64,000 nt of DNA from Candidatus Nomurabacteria bacterium GW2011_GWE2_34_25 (GCA_000990325.1 LBPS01000002.1:9562-73561); one strand, 5' to 3'; positions 46,875 to 56,935 are shown, numbered from the stretch's first letter. Notes: generated from the letters alone by a model not told the origin. Numbers and translations: made by a program.

Positions 46875-48098
46875 TTAATGCACTCCTGGGAAAGAATTTC
46901 CTCGTTGTCTTCCGTTGCCCTTTAGTGAGGAGGCATGTTTGATTGCATTGTGTCCAAATTTATCTCTAATCTTATCGCTTACTTCTTCAATAATATTCTT
47001 TGTTTCTGATGTATCTTGTGTACCAAATAAATCCTTGGGTACATCCTCATTACGACGTAGATTACGCAAGGTAATACCAGTCGAGCGAATTTTCTCACCG
47101 TTTTTTAAGAGTTTGTACAACAATGGTTCAACTTTATTCAATATCATATTAGGGGTGTTTGTATATAGTGGCAAGTGGCAGTCATCAGTATGATGGACAA
47201 AATTACTATTTTTTACAAAAAATGATACAGAGTTAGTCATCAGCTCAAGTCTACGTGCATGTTCACATGCACTTTCGATATTTTCTGAAAGTTCAGCAAA
47301 GATTACTTTTGGGTCGCTAGAAGGTGGCTTGAATGTTGCTGTTGATTGTATGGACTTCTGATCTCGGGGATCAGGATTTGCATCAAATTCATACATGGGA
47401 ATACCAGAAAGTTCTTGTTGTAAATGATACAAGGGTAGTGAGAAATATTTCTCAATTTGTTCACCTGAGCAATTTACAAAATCATATGCAGTTTTCATAC
47501 TCATATTTCTTAAACGGGGAATTGTTTGCCTTCCGATACCCCAGACATCATCTATTGAAGTATTTTTAAGTGCGCGCTCTTCATCTTGTTGATTCAATAG
47601 TAATACTAATCCATTTGGTTTCTCTAATTTCGAAGCAGTCTTGGCAAGTGACTTCGTTCGTCCAAGGCCGAATGAATACGTTACCCCGAGAGTATTTTGT
47701 ATTTCATCTTTTATTGTTTTTAATAGCATCTCTGCACCGCCTGCATGAACAATGTCTGAATGTTTTACAATAGCGAAGCATTCATCAATGCTATATATTT
47801 CAACAGACTCAAGGTAAGACGAGATAATACGGTAAACACTATCAGAAATATTTCTGTATAGATCAAAATGATGCGAAAGAATTATAACTCTAGGGAACTC
47901 TTTCTTTATTTTAAATACAGGCATACCACGAGTCACGCCAAGCTTCTTGGCTTCATAACTCATTGCAACAGCGATTCCTCTATCCTCACCGACGACAACA
48001 GGCATCCCTTTATATTTTGGATTTTGTGATATTTCACATGCGACGAAGAAGGAGTCCCCATCAGCATGTAGGAAAAGGTTTTGCGAAACTTTACTCAT
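46875..48098 (-). CDS. dinB: Y-family DNA polymerase (Pol IV/UmuC-like)
   Basis: HADGDSFFVACE, SYEAK, YSIDE, KTASKLEKPNG, DVWGIG. Confidence 0.92.
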   Translation of the reverse strand: MSKVSQNLFLHADGDSFFVACEISQNPKYKGMPVVVGEDRGIAVAMSYEAKKLGVTRGMPVFKIKKEFPRVIILSHHFDLYRNISDSVYRIISSYLESVEIYSIDECFAIVKHSDIVHAGGAEMLLKTIKDEIQNTLGVTYSFGLGRTKSLAKTASKLEKPNGLVLLLNQQDEERALKNTSIDDVWGIGRQTIPRLRNMSMKTAYDFVNCSGEQIEKYFSLPLYHLQQELSGIPMYEFDANPDPRDQKSIQSTATFKPPSSDPKVIFAELSENIESACEHARRLELMTNSVSFFVKNSNFVHHTDDCHLPLYTNTPNMILNKVEPLLYKLLKNGEKIRSTGITLRNLRRNEDVPKDLFGTQDTSETKNIIEEVSDKIRDKFGHNAIKHASSLKGNGRQRGNSFPGVH

Positions 48099-48141
48099 TC
48101 TCGTATTGTACCAAATTGTTCGTTTGAGTTATAATAATGTT

Positions 48142-48531
48142 ATGAAGAAATACGAAGGCGAAATAAGGCAATATTTAGAAGAGCGTAATTGGCATAAATT
48201 AAGGCCTGGAGACCTTGCAAAATCTATTGCCATTGAGTCTGCCGAATTACTGGAACTCTTTCAGTGGACAAATCAGAGCCTAGATGAAGTAAAAAATGAC
48301 AAAGAAAAAATGGAGCAAATAAAGAAGGAACTGGCAGATGTTCTGACTTATTGTCTAGATATGAGTGTGCTTTTAGAATTTGATACTGGTCAAATTGTAT
48401 TAGACAAACTTGAGAAAATTAAATTAAAATACCCTGCTCATCTATTTAAAGATAGAGGGGAAGAAATCGAACCTGGCTCAGAAGAAATATATTGGAAAAT
48501 TAAAAAGGAACATAGAATGAAAGGGGAGTAA
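48142..48531 (+). CDS. MazG-like nucleotide pyrophosphohydrolase
   Basis: ERNW, LAKSIAIESAELLELFQW, ELADV, KYP. Confidence 0.9.
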   Translation: MKKYEGEIRQYLEERNWHKLRPGDLAKSIAIESAELLELFQWTNQSLDEVKNDKEKMEQIKKELADVLTYCLDMSVLLEFDTGQIVLDKLEKIKLKYPAHLFKDRGEEIEPGSEEIYWKIKKEHRMKGE

Positions 48532-48570
48532 TAAAAAGACAGGGAGAAAACGTTAGTTTTCTCCCTGTTG

Positions 48571-49017
48571 TTATAATTCTCTCACATATTTTTTGAGGTC
48601 CTTTGTTTTAAAGACTCTACTGTAAATTTTTGAAAAAAGTGGTTGGTATAATTTAAACAACTCTTCATTGTTTTCATAAATATACTCAAATCCAAATTCC
48701 TCAAATTTAGAATAATTCCATTCCGAGGGTTCAGATCTTAAAGATTCAAAGATTTCAAGGGCCAATTTTTTACTTATTGGCCCTACTATTTGCCCAAAGA
48801 CATAATTATGGGCTTCATAGTAAAATCTCAAATAGATACTTTTTTTACTTTCGGTTTTAATAAATGCCACCATTTGGCAATTATTAACAATAACAAAAAT
48901 TACTTTTTTTGTAGTAGAGGGGAACCTAGAATCAAGTTCGTAATAAACAGGATTCCCCCATACTCTAAGGTGTGTCTCCGGTACACGATTTCTTAGATAA
49001 ATTAGTATGTCTTTCAT
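48571..49017 (-). CDS. Hypothetical protein
   Basis: Start MKDILIY; promoter TTGACA-N17-TACTGT at 49080-49052 on the minus strand; terminator hairpin at about 48539-48568. Confidence 0.6.
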   Translation of the reverse strand: MKDILIYLRNRVPETHLRVWGNPVYYELDSRFPSTTKKVIFVIVNNCQMVAFIKTESKKSIYLRFYYEAHNYVFGQIVGPISKKLALEIFESLRSEPSEWNYSKFEEFGFEYIYENNEELFKLYQPLFSKIYSRVFKTKDLKKYVREL

Positions 49018-49128
49018 ATCTATATTTATTTTTTTGTTAACTTTTTCTTTTACAGTATTCCTAATAATACATATTGTCAAATTTGCTTAAATTGACTCGC
49101 GAGGACCGTTTTACTACAGTAAGAATAA

Positions 49129-49815
49129 TCATTCAACGTCTTCATTGATGATGTCTTCGAGTTCAAGGGCTGCTTTCTTGATATATCTCTCCATTAATTG
49201 CGTCATTCGGTGTTTCATTATTTCAAATTTTTCTGGATCACGATTTTTCAAACCATTGATATCTTTATAGATCAGATCATGTTCAATCTCAGCCCAAGCA
49301 TGGTGGAGGATGGAAGTAATCTGTATTTCACTTTTCAAGTTATTAAAATGTTTATATTCACTTAGTTTTATTCTTTTAGGACCGAAAGACATGATGATGT
49401 GGGTAGCTTGATAGCCATTATCTTTTTCTATTTCCTCTACTTTTAGAAGCCCACTCATCTCACTTTTAATTTTTTTTATGAACTTTTCTTTATCATGTTC
49501 AGTATAGAAAATAATTCGAAGACCAACCAAGTCTTCAATATCATCAAGAGAGTTGTACTGTATACCAGCTTCTTTTTTACGAATAAGTTTCTCCTTCAAT
49601 CTTTCTGGGGTTTTGGTTCGGGATAGTATTTGGTATTTATATCCTTGTTCTTTTAAAAGAGCCTCAATGGCCTTATGCGAAGCTGATCTAAATTCTTCAT
49701 AATTTGGACGTTTATTCTTGTATTCAATTAAAATATTGTCGATATAACTCTTCTCTCCTCTGTATGTTTGTGGATTAATAATAGTTCGGATTTTGTCTAT
49801 TAAACTGATGTTCAT
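49129..49815 (-). CDS. Small alarmone synthetase (RelA/SpoT synthetase domain)
   Basis: RTK..RLKEK, DLVGLRII, GYQATH, EIQI, HAWAEIEHDLIYK. Confidence 0.92.
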   Translation of the reverse strand: MNISLIDKIRTIINPQTYRGEKSYIDNILIEYKNKRPNYEEFRSASHKAIEALLKEQGYKYQILSRTKTPERLKEKLIRKKEAGIQYNSLDDIEDLVGLRIIFYTEHDKEKFIKKIKSEMSGLLKVEEIEKDNGYQATHIIMSFGPKRIKLSEYKHFNNLKSEIQITSILHHAWAEIEHDLIYKDINGLKNRDPEKFEIMKHRMTQLMERYIKKAALELEDIINEDVE

Positions 49816-49912
49816 ATGTGTTAATTATAGCAAATTTAGGGCTTTAAATATCATAAAATAATGAAATGTTGTGTTATAATATATGTTCCCTCATATACAA
49901 CAATGTCATTTT

Positions 49913-49954
49913 ATACAACATAAAACACCCATTGATGGGTGTTTTATGTTGTAT
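49913..49954. terminator. Terminator hairpin
   Basis: ATACAACATAAAACACCCAT-TG-ATGGGTGTTTTATGTTGTAT. Confidence 0.7.
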
Positions 49955-49990
49955 CGGTTTTTTGTTTATGAATTCTTTGTTGATAATTTT

Positions 49991-51103
49991 CTAGTTTGTT
50001 GCAAACGTAGCTTCACTAGAAACGGCTACATTGTTTGAACTATCAGCAGACTTAATAATAAAGTGATAGAGAGTGCTTGATAATAAACTTGGGATACTTA
50101 ACGAATGATTTGTTGTAAGTGTTCCACTTACTACTTTTGGTGTGAGTATTGCATTAACATCTACTGGTGTACCAATAGAATAAAATACATTAGATGTAGC
50201 TGGTTCATTTGTTGTCCATGAAACTGTAGTGATAGAACCCGTTACTGTTGTCGTTACTCCACTTATTACAGGAGCTGTTGTGTCTGTGGTAGCAACTGCG
50301 GTTACTACTATTTTCATTGGATATGTTACTTTTTTACCATCACTGTTTGTAATTGTGAATTTTGCAACATATGTTCCTACTATATTATATACATGGGTTA
50401 CTGTTACAGACCCAGTGAATGCTAACTGTGTGGTAGTATTACCATCTCCCCAGTCAGTTCCGTAAGTTAATATCTTACTTTGTGGATCATATGCATTAAT
50501 TGTGACACTTGCGGTCTCACCAGTCTTTATTGTTGCAGGACCTACGACACTTGTTATCACAGGTACGCTTGCATTGGTTATAACTGCTCCAGTTGTGAAT
50601 GACACAACAGACGATTTCACCATACCCTTATTATTGGCACCTCCAACTATTACATAATATTTTGTGTTTGGCTGTAACTTTTTTATTTCAAATTTATGCT
50701 TTAAAACTCGATCGTTACGCTTCATGTTCGGACTGAGAGATGTATCAACGGGGGATGTAGTACTATACCAGACGAAACTATTTGAACGAACGTCAGTATT
50801 CCATTTTAGTGTAGCCTTACTTCCTTTATTTGAAGATACAATTAAGTCACTTATAACAGGGACACTAATTGCAACTTTCGGACCTTTACCATTGAACCAA
50901 CCAGAACTAAACCAGTTATTAAATTTATTATTTCTTTCCTCACTCCTTTCTTCTCTCTGGTTTTCTTTTTGTTCTTTTTTGTCTTCTCTCTTTTCTTCTC
51001 CACGGCCCTTGTCTTTGTCATTATCTGCGAAACTCATAGCCGGGCTTACTACCATAATTGCAGTCATAATAGAACCTACAATTAATTTTTTATAATTTTT
51101 CAT
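49991..51103 (-). CDS. Secreted FN3-PKD-FN3 surface protein
   Basis: Signal peptide ending SFA, charged linker, LQPNTKYY, DWGDG (PKD), DTTAPVIS..SWTTNEPATS. Confidence 0.88.
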   Translation of the reverse strand: MKNYKKLIVGSIMTAIMVVSPAMSFADNDKDKGRGEEKREDKKEQKENQREERSEERNNKFNNWFSSGWFNGKGPKVAISVPVISDLIVSSNKGSKATLKWNTDVRSNSFVWYSTTSPVDTSLSPNMKRNDRVLKHKFEIKKLQPNTKYYVIVGGANNKGMVKSSVVSFTTGAVITNASVPVITSVVGPATIKTGETASVTINAYDPQSKILTYGTDWGDGNTTTQLAFTGSVTVTHVYNIVGTYVAKFTITNSDGKKVTYPMKIVVTAVATTDTTAPVISGVTTTVTGSITTVSWTTNEPATSNVFYSIGTPVDVNAILTPKVVSGTLTTNHSLSIPSLLSSTLYHFIIKSADSSNNVAVSSEATFATN

Positions 51104-51185
51104 ATACAATTAATAATTTTTTAAACTAATAATAATGTGCACTGAAGAATAAAAATTCTTCAATAAGCGACCTTACACTGGAGTA

Positions 51186-51212
51186 GACGTTGTCATCGCC
51201 AGTTTTCTTACA
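51186..51212 (-). promoter_or_regulatory. ECF-type promoter for the FN3/PKD gene
   Basis: TGTAAGAAA-N14-CGTC, matching the box upstream of the sigma gene. Confidence 0.65.
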
Positions 51213-51255
51213 TAGACAATTACCCCAATTTGTTGTACTTTTAGTATATGGACAA

Positions 51256-51281
51256 TGTAAGAAATGTGTATCATGTCCGTC
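51256..51281 (+). promoter_or_regulatory. ECF-type autoregulatory promoter
   Basis: TGTAAGAAA-N13-CGTC, 8 nt before ATG. Confidence 0.65.
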
Positions 51282-51289
51282 TTTAATAT

Positions 51290-51832
51290 ATGAAGAAAGA
51301 TAAAAAGAGTACATTTGAAGCAATATACAAGAATGAATCGGATGCTATATTCCGATTTTGTTTGCTTCGTGTATCTAATCGCGATCAAGCCCTAGATCTC
51401 GTCCAGGAAACCTTCTTGCGTCTATGGCAAAGTTTACAGAAAGACGAAGACATTTTAAATAGTAAAGCATTTCTTTTTACCATAACTCGTCATCTAATTA
51501 TTGATTATTATCGCAAAAAGAAAAGTATTCCTTTTAAAGATATGGCTTCTACTGACGAAGAAGAGGGGTATGATCCAGCGAATGATATTACAACCGACAA
51601 TCTTATAAGTGGAATTGAGGGCAGATATCTTTTAAACAAAATAAATGAGCTTCCGCAGTCTTATAGAGAACCTCTGTATTTACGATTTGTCGAAGATTTG
51701 TCACCGCCAGAGATAGGAGAAATATTGGGGGTTTCAGCTAATGCTGCTTCGGTTCGAATTAATCGTGGACTTGAAGAACTAAGGAGGGTATCTGGTTATA
51801 GTAAGGATGATTTAAATAAGTTAAATATATGA
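51290..51832 (+). CDS. ECF RNA polymerase sigma factor
   Basis: DLVQETFLRLW, LIIDYYRK, EIGEILGVS...VRINRG. Confidence 0.95.
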   Translation: MKKDKKSTFEAIYKNESDAIFRFCLLRVSNRDQALDLVQETFLRLWQSLQKDEDILNSKAFLFTITRHLIIDYYRKKKSIPFKDMASTDEEEGYDPANDITTDNLISGIEGRYLLNKINELPQSYREPLYLRFVEDLSPPEIGEILGVSANAASVRINRGLEELRRVSGYSKDDLNKLNI

Positions 51833-51950
51833 TCCCGTTAGAGATGATTTTAGTAAGATTACGGGATTATAAAAAAATAAGTTTTGTTTATATTATTAGA
51901 TAAATTTAATTAAGGTACGTCCCATCTAATGAGGGACTATCTCTAACGGG
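51833..51950. mobile_element. MITE-like element with ATGA duplication
   Basis: Perfect 14-bp inverted repeat ATCCCGTTAGAGAT (51832-51845)/ATCTCTAACGGGAT (51939-51952); ATGA at 51829-51832 and 51951-51954. Confidence 0.75.
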
Positions 51951-53009
51951 ATGAATGATAAAAAATTAAAAAATGGAATAGATGAAATAAAAAATATTGT
52001 CATGACTAATGCTGAGAAAAAGCATATAATTGATAATATTTTAAGTACTTCTAATGTAAATCCAAAGGCAATAAAGAGCCCTTGGTCTTTTTATTCATTT
52101 ATACTAATAACTAGAAAGAGTCAATTAGTTTATTATATAGTAATTCCCTTGATCATACTTCTTTCAAGTGGAGGAGTAGTTTTTGCATCACAAGATAGTC
52201 TACCAGACAGTATTTTGTATCCACTAAAGGTTAATGTTGTTGAACCAATAGGTGGAGCTCTGAAATTTTCTTTAAATAAAAAGGCAAAATATGAAAGTAG
52301 CCTAGCTACCAAGCGTCTCGTTGAGGCTGAGACCTTAGTGAATCAAGGAAAACTTGATAAAATAAAAGAAGACAAAATAAATAGCTTACTAACTAAACAC
52401 ACCAATGCTTTAAATCTTGCTATCAATGAATCTACTTCAGAAGATGTAAATGAGGAAATGAGTACGGTTGCTACAGATTTTAGGGCGCAAATGAATGCTC
52501 ATGCAAAGGTTCTAGACGTTCTTTCAAATGAGAAAGAATCCAAGAAAGAAAAAAATATAGAGATAGAAAAAGAAACAGAAATAGAAACAAAAGCAAAAGC
52601 AGAAGCAGATATTTCTGATATCAAAATATCAAACACAGCAAGGTTAAGTGCGGATAAGATTAAAGATAGTTCAAATAATAAAAATGATAAAAAAATAAAA
52701 AATTTCAAGGAAAAAAAGGACAAGGTTAGATTTATTGTTGAAGATGCGGACAAGAATATGAATTCAGTAATAGTAAATGACAAAACAACGAATGATCCTG
52801 TATCAGAAGATTCTTATAAAAAGCTAGATCAGGCAAAAGCTTATCTTTATGATGCAGATAAGAAAGATGAAGAGGGGAAGCATGAGGAGGCTTATACTTC
52901 CTTGTTAGATTCTCTAGTTTCAGCCAAAGAAGCCGAAATTCTTCTAAAAGAGGGTCAAAAAATTGAGAAAAATAAGGAGATTATGAATTTAATAGAAATA
53001 GACGATTGA
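51951..53009 (+). CDS. DUF5667-like membrane protein, putative anti-sigma factor
   Basis: TM then SLPDSILYPLKVNVVE..RLVEAE; follows the ECF sigma. Confidence 0.8.
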   Translation: MNDKKLKNGIDEIKNIVMTNAEKKHIIDNILSTSNVNPKAIKSPWSFYSFILITRKSQLVYYIVIPLIILLSSGGVVFASQDSLPDSILYPLKVNVVEPIGGALKFSLNKKAKYESSLATKRLVEAETLVNQGKLDKIKEDKINSLLTKHTNALNLAINESTSEDVNEEMSTVATDFRAQMNAHAKVLDVLSNEKESKKEKNIEIEKETEIETKAKAEADISDIKISNTARLSADKIKDSSNNKNDKKIKNFKEKKDKVRFIVEDADKNMNSVIVNDKTTNDPVSEDSYKKLDQAKAYLYDADKKDEEGKHEEAYTSLLDSLVSAKEAEILLKEGQKIEKNKEIMNLIEIDD

Positions 53010-53068
53010 TAGCTTAAGTCAAATATCTTTGGTATAATTTACGTATTATAATAACTAATACATTTTAT

Positions 53069-53818
53069 ATGTCCCCATTAATTTTATATGTTTTAGGTGG
53101 TCTATTCTTACTTGTGGTTACAAGTATTCGTCAGGTAAACCAATATGAGAGAGGAGTGAAGTTTACTCTAGGTAAATTTACTTCTATTATGGAACCTGGC
53201 TGGAGAATTGTTTGGCCAGTTATCCAAGGATATCAAAAGGTTGATATTCGTACAAAAGCTGTTGATGTTCCCGATCAAAATGCTATCACAAGGGACAATG
53301 TTTCAGTTAAAGTCAACGCTGTTATTTATTATAAAGTTAGTAACGCCAATATGGCCATCATTGAAGTTGAAGACTTCAGGTATGCGATTTCTCAATATGC
53401 TCAGACAACCATGAGAAATATTGTCGGGGAAGTTACTCTCGATGAGCTTCTTTCAAGTAGAGACAAAATTGCCGATCGGATTCGTGAGATTGTCGACAAA
53501 GAAACAGATGCTTGGGGTCTTAAGGTTCAAAATGTAGAACTCAAAGATGTTAGTCTTCCTTCAGATATGGAAAGGACCATTGGTAAGCAAGCTGAAGCTG
53601 AGAGAGAAAAAAGAGCAGTTATTATAAATTCAGAAGGAGAACTTGCTGCCTCAGAGAATATAGCTCGTGCTGCTAAAATGCTAGCTGCTACCCCCGGGGC
53701 TCTCCACTTGAGAACTTTGCAATCTATCAATGATATGGCTTCAGATCAAAGTAATACTGTCGTTTATATGGTTCCAGTAGAAGCGTTGAAGGCTCTTGAG
53801 GGTTTTATAAAAAAATAA
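53069..53818 (+). CDS. Slipin/SPFH (band 7) family protein
   Basis: YERGVKFTLG, ITRDNVSVKVNAV, AQTTMR, QAEAERE. Confidence 0.95.
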   Translation: MSPLILYVLGGLFLLVVTSIRQVNQYERGVKFTLGKFTSIMEPGWRIVWPVIQGYQKVDIRTKAVDVPDQNAITRDNVSVKVNAVIYYKVSNANMAIIEVEDFRYAISQYAQTTMRNIVGEVTLDELLSSRDKIADRIREIVDKETDAWGLKVQNVELKDVSLPSDMERTIGKQAEAEREKRAVIINSEGELAASENIARAAKMLAATPGALHLRTLQSINDMASDQSNTVVYMVPVEALKALEGFIKK

Positions 53819-53898
53819 GATTCTATTGATTGTTTATAGCTGAAAACCTTGCTCTTTTGGAACAAGGTTTTTTGTTTTGTATATGTTAAAATAAAAAC

Positions 53899-54891
53899 AT
53901 GAATATAATTTCTGTGAAAAATCTATCCAAAGAGTTTACTTTCCCAGTTAAAAATACCAAATATAGTTGGTTGAAGAATTTATTCTATCCTGAGATAAGA
54001 AAAGTCGTAGCAGTTTCAGGTATTTCATTTGATGTTAAAAGAGGAGAAAGGATAGCTTTTATAGGGCCTAATGGAGCAGGTAAGTCTACAACGATTAAAA
54101 TGCTTTCGGGGATACTTTTCCCTTCGGGGGGAGACGTAGATATCTTGGGTTTAAATCCTTCAAAAGATAGAAAAAAGTTAGCTTATCGTATAGGAACTGT
54201 CTTTGGACAGAGGTCACAATTACTTCCCAATTTACCACTTACAGACTCCTTAGAATTTTATGGAGTTATGTATGACATGACAAATGAACAAATAAAAATC
54301 CGTATCAAAGAATTAGTAGAAATATTTGGGCTCGAATCTTTTATGGACCAACCGGTTAGAAAACTTTCTTTAGGCCAAAGAATGCGAGCAGAAGTAGCAG
54401 TTTCTCTTATTCATAAGCCTGAAATTATATTCTTGGATGAACCTACAATAGGGCTAGATGTCGTTGCCAAGAAGTCTCTTCGTGACTTGTTACTTAAGAT
54501 TAATAAAGAAGAAAACACAACTATATTTTTAACTTCTCATGATGTAGGTGACATAGAGTCTCTTTGTGATCGGACGATAATTATAAATCATGGAACTCTC
54601 ATTAAAGATTTGCCCACCGAAGATCTAACTAAAACATTCTTTAGTGAGAAATATATTGATATAATTCCTATTCATAAATTTAAAGATTTTCCGGTTTTAA
54701 CACATGGGATAGAATATTTAACAAAAGAGCCGAATAAAATTACGATCCGTGTAGATATAAATAAAATTAGTGTGAAAGATTCTCTTAAGGAATTACTTGA
54801 TATTTTTGATATAGAAGATATAGATGTATATTATTCAGATTTAGAAACAGTAATTCGAAATATTTATGAAAGGGATTCGACTAGCATTTAA
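53899..54891 (+). CDS. ABC transporter ATP-binding protein
   Basis: GPNGAGKST, LSLGQRMR, LDEPTIGLD. Confidence 0.95.
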   Translation: MNIISVKNLSKEFTFPVKNTKYSWLKNLFYPEIRKVVAVSGISFDVKRGERIAFIGPNGAGKSTTIKMLSGILFPSGGDVDILGLNPSKDRKKLAYRIGTVFGQRSQLLPNLPLTDSLEFYGVMYDMTNEQIKIRIKELVEIFGLESFMDQPVRKLSLGQRMRAEVAVSLIHKPEIIFLDEPTIGLDVVAKKSLRDLLLKINKEENTTIFLTSHDVGDIESLCDRTIIINHGTLIKDLPTEDLTKTFFSEKYIDIIPIHKFKDFPVLTHGIEYLTKEPNKITIRVDINKISVKDSLKELLDIFDIEDIDVYYSDLETVIRNIYERDSTSI

Positions 54892-55666
54892 AATAATAAA
54901 TACCCTTACTAAGGATAGCTTTCACTATCCTAATAGATTGTATGCCAATATGCTCATTCTCGTTTCGAGACTTGGAGTTTTACTCGCATTGTATTGGTAC
55001 GTTTTTAAATTAAATGGTGGAATTATAAATGGGGTAACTTTTATAGTTGTCGCTTGGAGTATGTTCTTTTATTTTTCATTTTCGAATTTTAATCTACGCA
55101 GAATATCTAGACTCATAATGGAAGATGTCCAATCGGGTAATGTAGAAGTTTTTTTATGCAAACCTATATCTTATCTTTCATATAAAATATGGTGGACTTT
55201 TGGTCTCGGTTTTTACAATTTTATATTTATAGGATTTTTAGGTTTTATAATTTTAGCACTAGTGATTAGCGTGCCTGCTTCGATGACTATAGGTTTATTT
55301 ATTCCTACTTTAATATTAGAGCTTATACTTGCAACGATTCTTACTTTCATCATCTATTCGATTGTAGGGCTTTTGGCTTTTTGGATAGAAGATGTAAATC
55401 CGGTTTTCTGGATTAATGATAAATTTGTAATGATTCTAGGAGGTTCATATCTTCCCGTTGCTTTGTTTCCAGATTATTTATATAAAATTGCTATATATAG
55501 TCCATTTGGAGCATCAATGTTTGTGTCACATATTGTATATGACTCATGGAAAGTTGATTGGTTAAAGTTGATGGGTATACAAATTTTTTGGATTATTACC
55601 TTAGGGATTTTTCTTATCTGGCTCTTTAAGAAAGCACGAGGAAAAGTATCTGTTAATGGAGGATAA
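54866..55666 (+). CDS. ABC-2 family permease
   Basis: About 6 TM segments, LGGSYLPVALFP. Confidence 0.85.
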   Translation: MKGIRLAFKIINTLTKDSFHYPNRLYANMLILVSRLGVLLALYWYVFKLNGGIINGVTFIVVAWSMFFYFSFSNFNLRRISRLIMEDVQSGNVEVFLCKPISYLSYKIWWTFGLGFYNFIFIGFLGFIILALVISVPASMTIGLFIPTLILELILATILTFIIYSIVGLLAFWIEDVNPVFWINDKFVMILGGSYLPVALFPDYLYKIAIYSPFGASMFVSHIVYDSWKVDWLKLMGIQIFWIITLGIFLIWLFKKARGKVSVNGG

Positions 55667-55672
55667 AATTAT

Positions 55673-56467
55673 ATGATGAAAGAAATTAAATTTGCATTAT
55701 ATGCAATAAAAAAGAATATACAAAGTAGCAGAGAATTACGCACCAGCTTCCTGATGAATGTTATTGGTATGGCGATAAATAATATCGCTTTTGTATTTCT
55801 TTGGGTTTACTTTGTTAAATCAGTTGGTGTTATAGGGGGATGGACCACTTATGATATTATAGGTCTCAATGGTTTTACGGCATTATCCTATGGTATTATC
55901 GTTTCTATATTTATGGGTACAAAAAAGATTCCAGAATATGTGACGACGGGGTCTTTTGATAGATTCATGTTATCCCCTAAGAACTTAATTCTCAGGGTAG
56001 CAACATCTGCATTTAGTCCATCAGCAATAGGAGACGCAATTTTCGGAATTATTTGTCTTTCTGTTTATGGATTCTTAATACACATAACTATTGTTCAAAT
56101 AATATTTGTAGTTTTATTAATAATTTTTGGTGCCATAATATTTTTCTCAATGTCACTTATTATCAATGGTCTTTCTTTTTATTTTGTTGATGCCAGTTCC
56201 TTTACTGACAGTGTATTCCAATTATTTATGACACCGACCCTTTTCCACGGTGGAGCATTTCATGGAGTTACAAGATTTATATTTACTTTTATAATTCCCT
56301 CGCTTCTTATTGCTGCTATTCCCACAGAGACAGTGAAAAATTTATCTTTTCATAATCTTATATATATAGGAGTGGGGTCATTTATTTGGCTTTATATTGC
56401 CATTAGACTTTTTAAAAATTCAGTACGTAGATACGAAAGTTCAAATTTTATGACTTTTGGAAATTAA
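55673..56467 (+). CDS. ABC-2 family permease
   Basis: IGGW, GSFDRFMLSP, FTFIIP, RRYES. Confidence 0.87.
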   Translation: MMKEIKFALYAIKKNIQSSRELRTSFLMNVIGMAINNIAFVFLWVYFVKSVGVIGGWTTYDIIGLNGFTALSYGIIVSIFMGTKKIPEYVTTGSFDRFMLSPKNLILRVATSAFSPSAIGDAIFGIICLSVYGFLIHITIVQIIFVVLLIIFGAIIFFSMSLIINGLSFYFVDASSFTDSVFQLFMTPTLFHGGAFHGVTRFIFTFIIPSLLIAAIPTETVKNLSFHNLIYIGVGSFIWLYIAIRLFKNSVRRYESSNFMTFGN

Positions 56468-56503
56468 ATAAAAAGATCCAAATAGTTGAGACTAGATGAA
56501 TCT

Positions 56504-56935
56504 TTAAAATAATTGTTTTAGAAAAATGAATCCTATTAAATTGGTTATAAATATACTACTAATAAATAATAAATAAATTTTAATAGTTGGAATATTATTC
56601 CACTGGTATGATCCATCCCTGTAATATATTACAACAAAGAATGAGTCATACGTCATAATTGATATCATTACTAGTATTTTTTTAAACCAGTTAATTTTAC
56701 TTTCTCTATCTATTATTTTACGAGCTTCTACTAACAAGAAATCAACTTGTGTTGAATCATAAAAAAATATCATAAAGATTGTGAAAAAAAATGTAAATGA
56801 ACACATATAAATCAAGCTATTTATGTTTTCCCCAAATTCAAAAAATATAAATATACTCATGGAAGCCTTTATTGCGTTCATTATTTTGTATGTGATAAAA
56901 CCAACACCTATTTGCTTATTGGGTATAGTTCTCAT
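56504..56935 (-). CDS. Hypothetical membrane protein
   Basis: 143-aa hydrophobic ORF with AGAGGA upstream on the minus strand. Confidence 0.55.
   Translation of the reverse strand: MRTIPNKQIGVGFITYKIMNAIKASMSIFIFFEFGENINSLIYMCSFTFFFTIFMIFFYDSTQVDFLLVEARKIIDRESKINWFKKILVMISIMTYDSFFVVIYYRDGSYQWNNIPTIKIYLLFISSIFITNLIGFIFLKQLF

Noticed and set aside
52540-52610. AGAAA-rich quasi-repeats in the DUF5667-like gene (also 50940-51000)
   Set aside because: Explained by low-complexity Glu/Lys-rich protein linkers.
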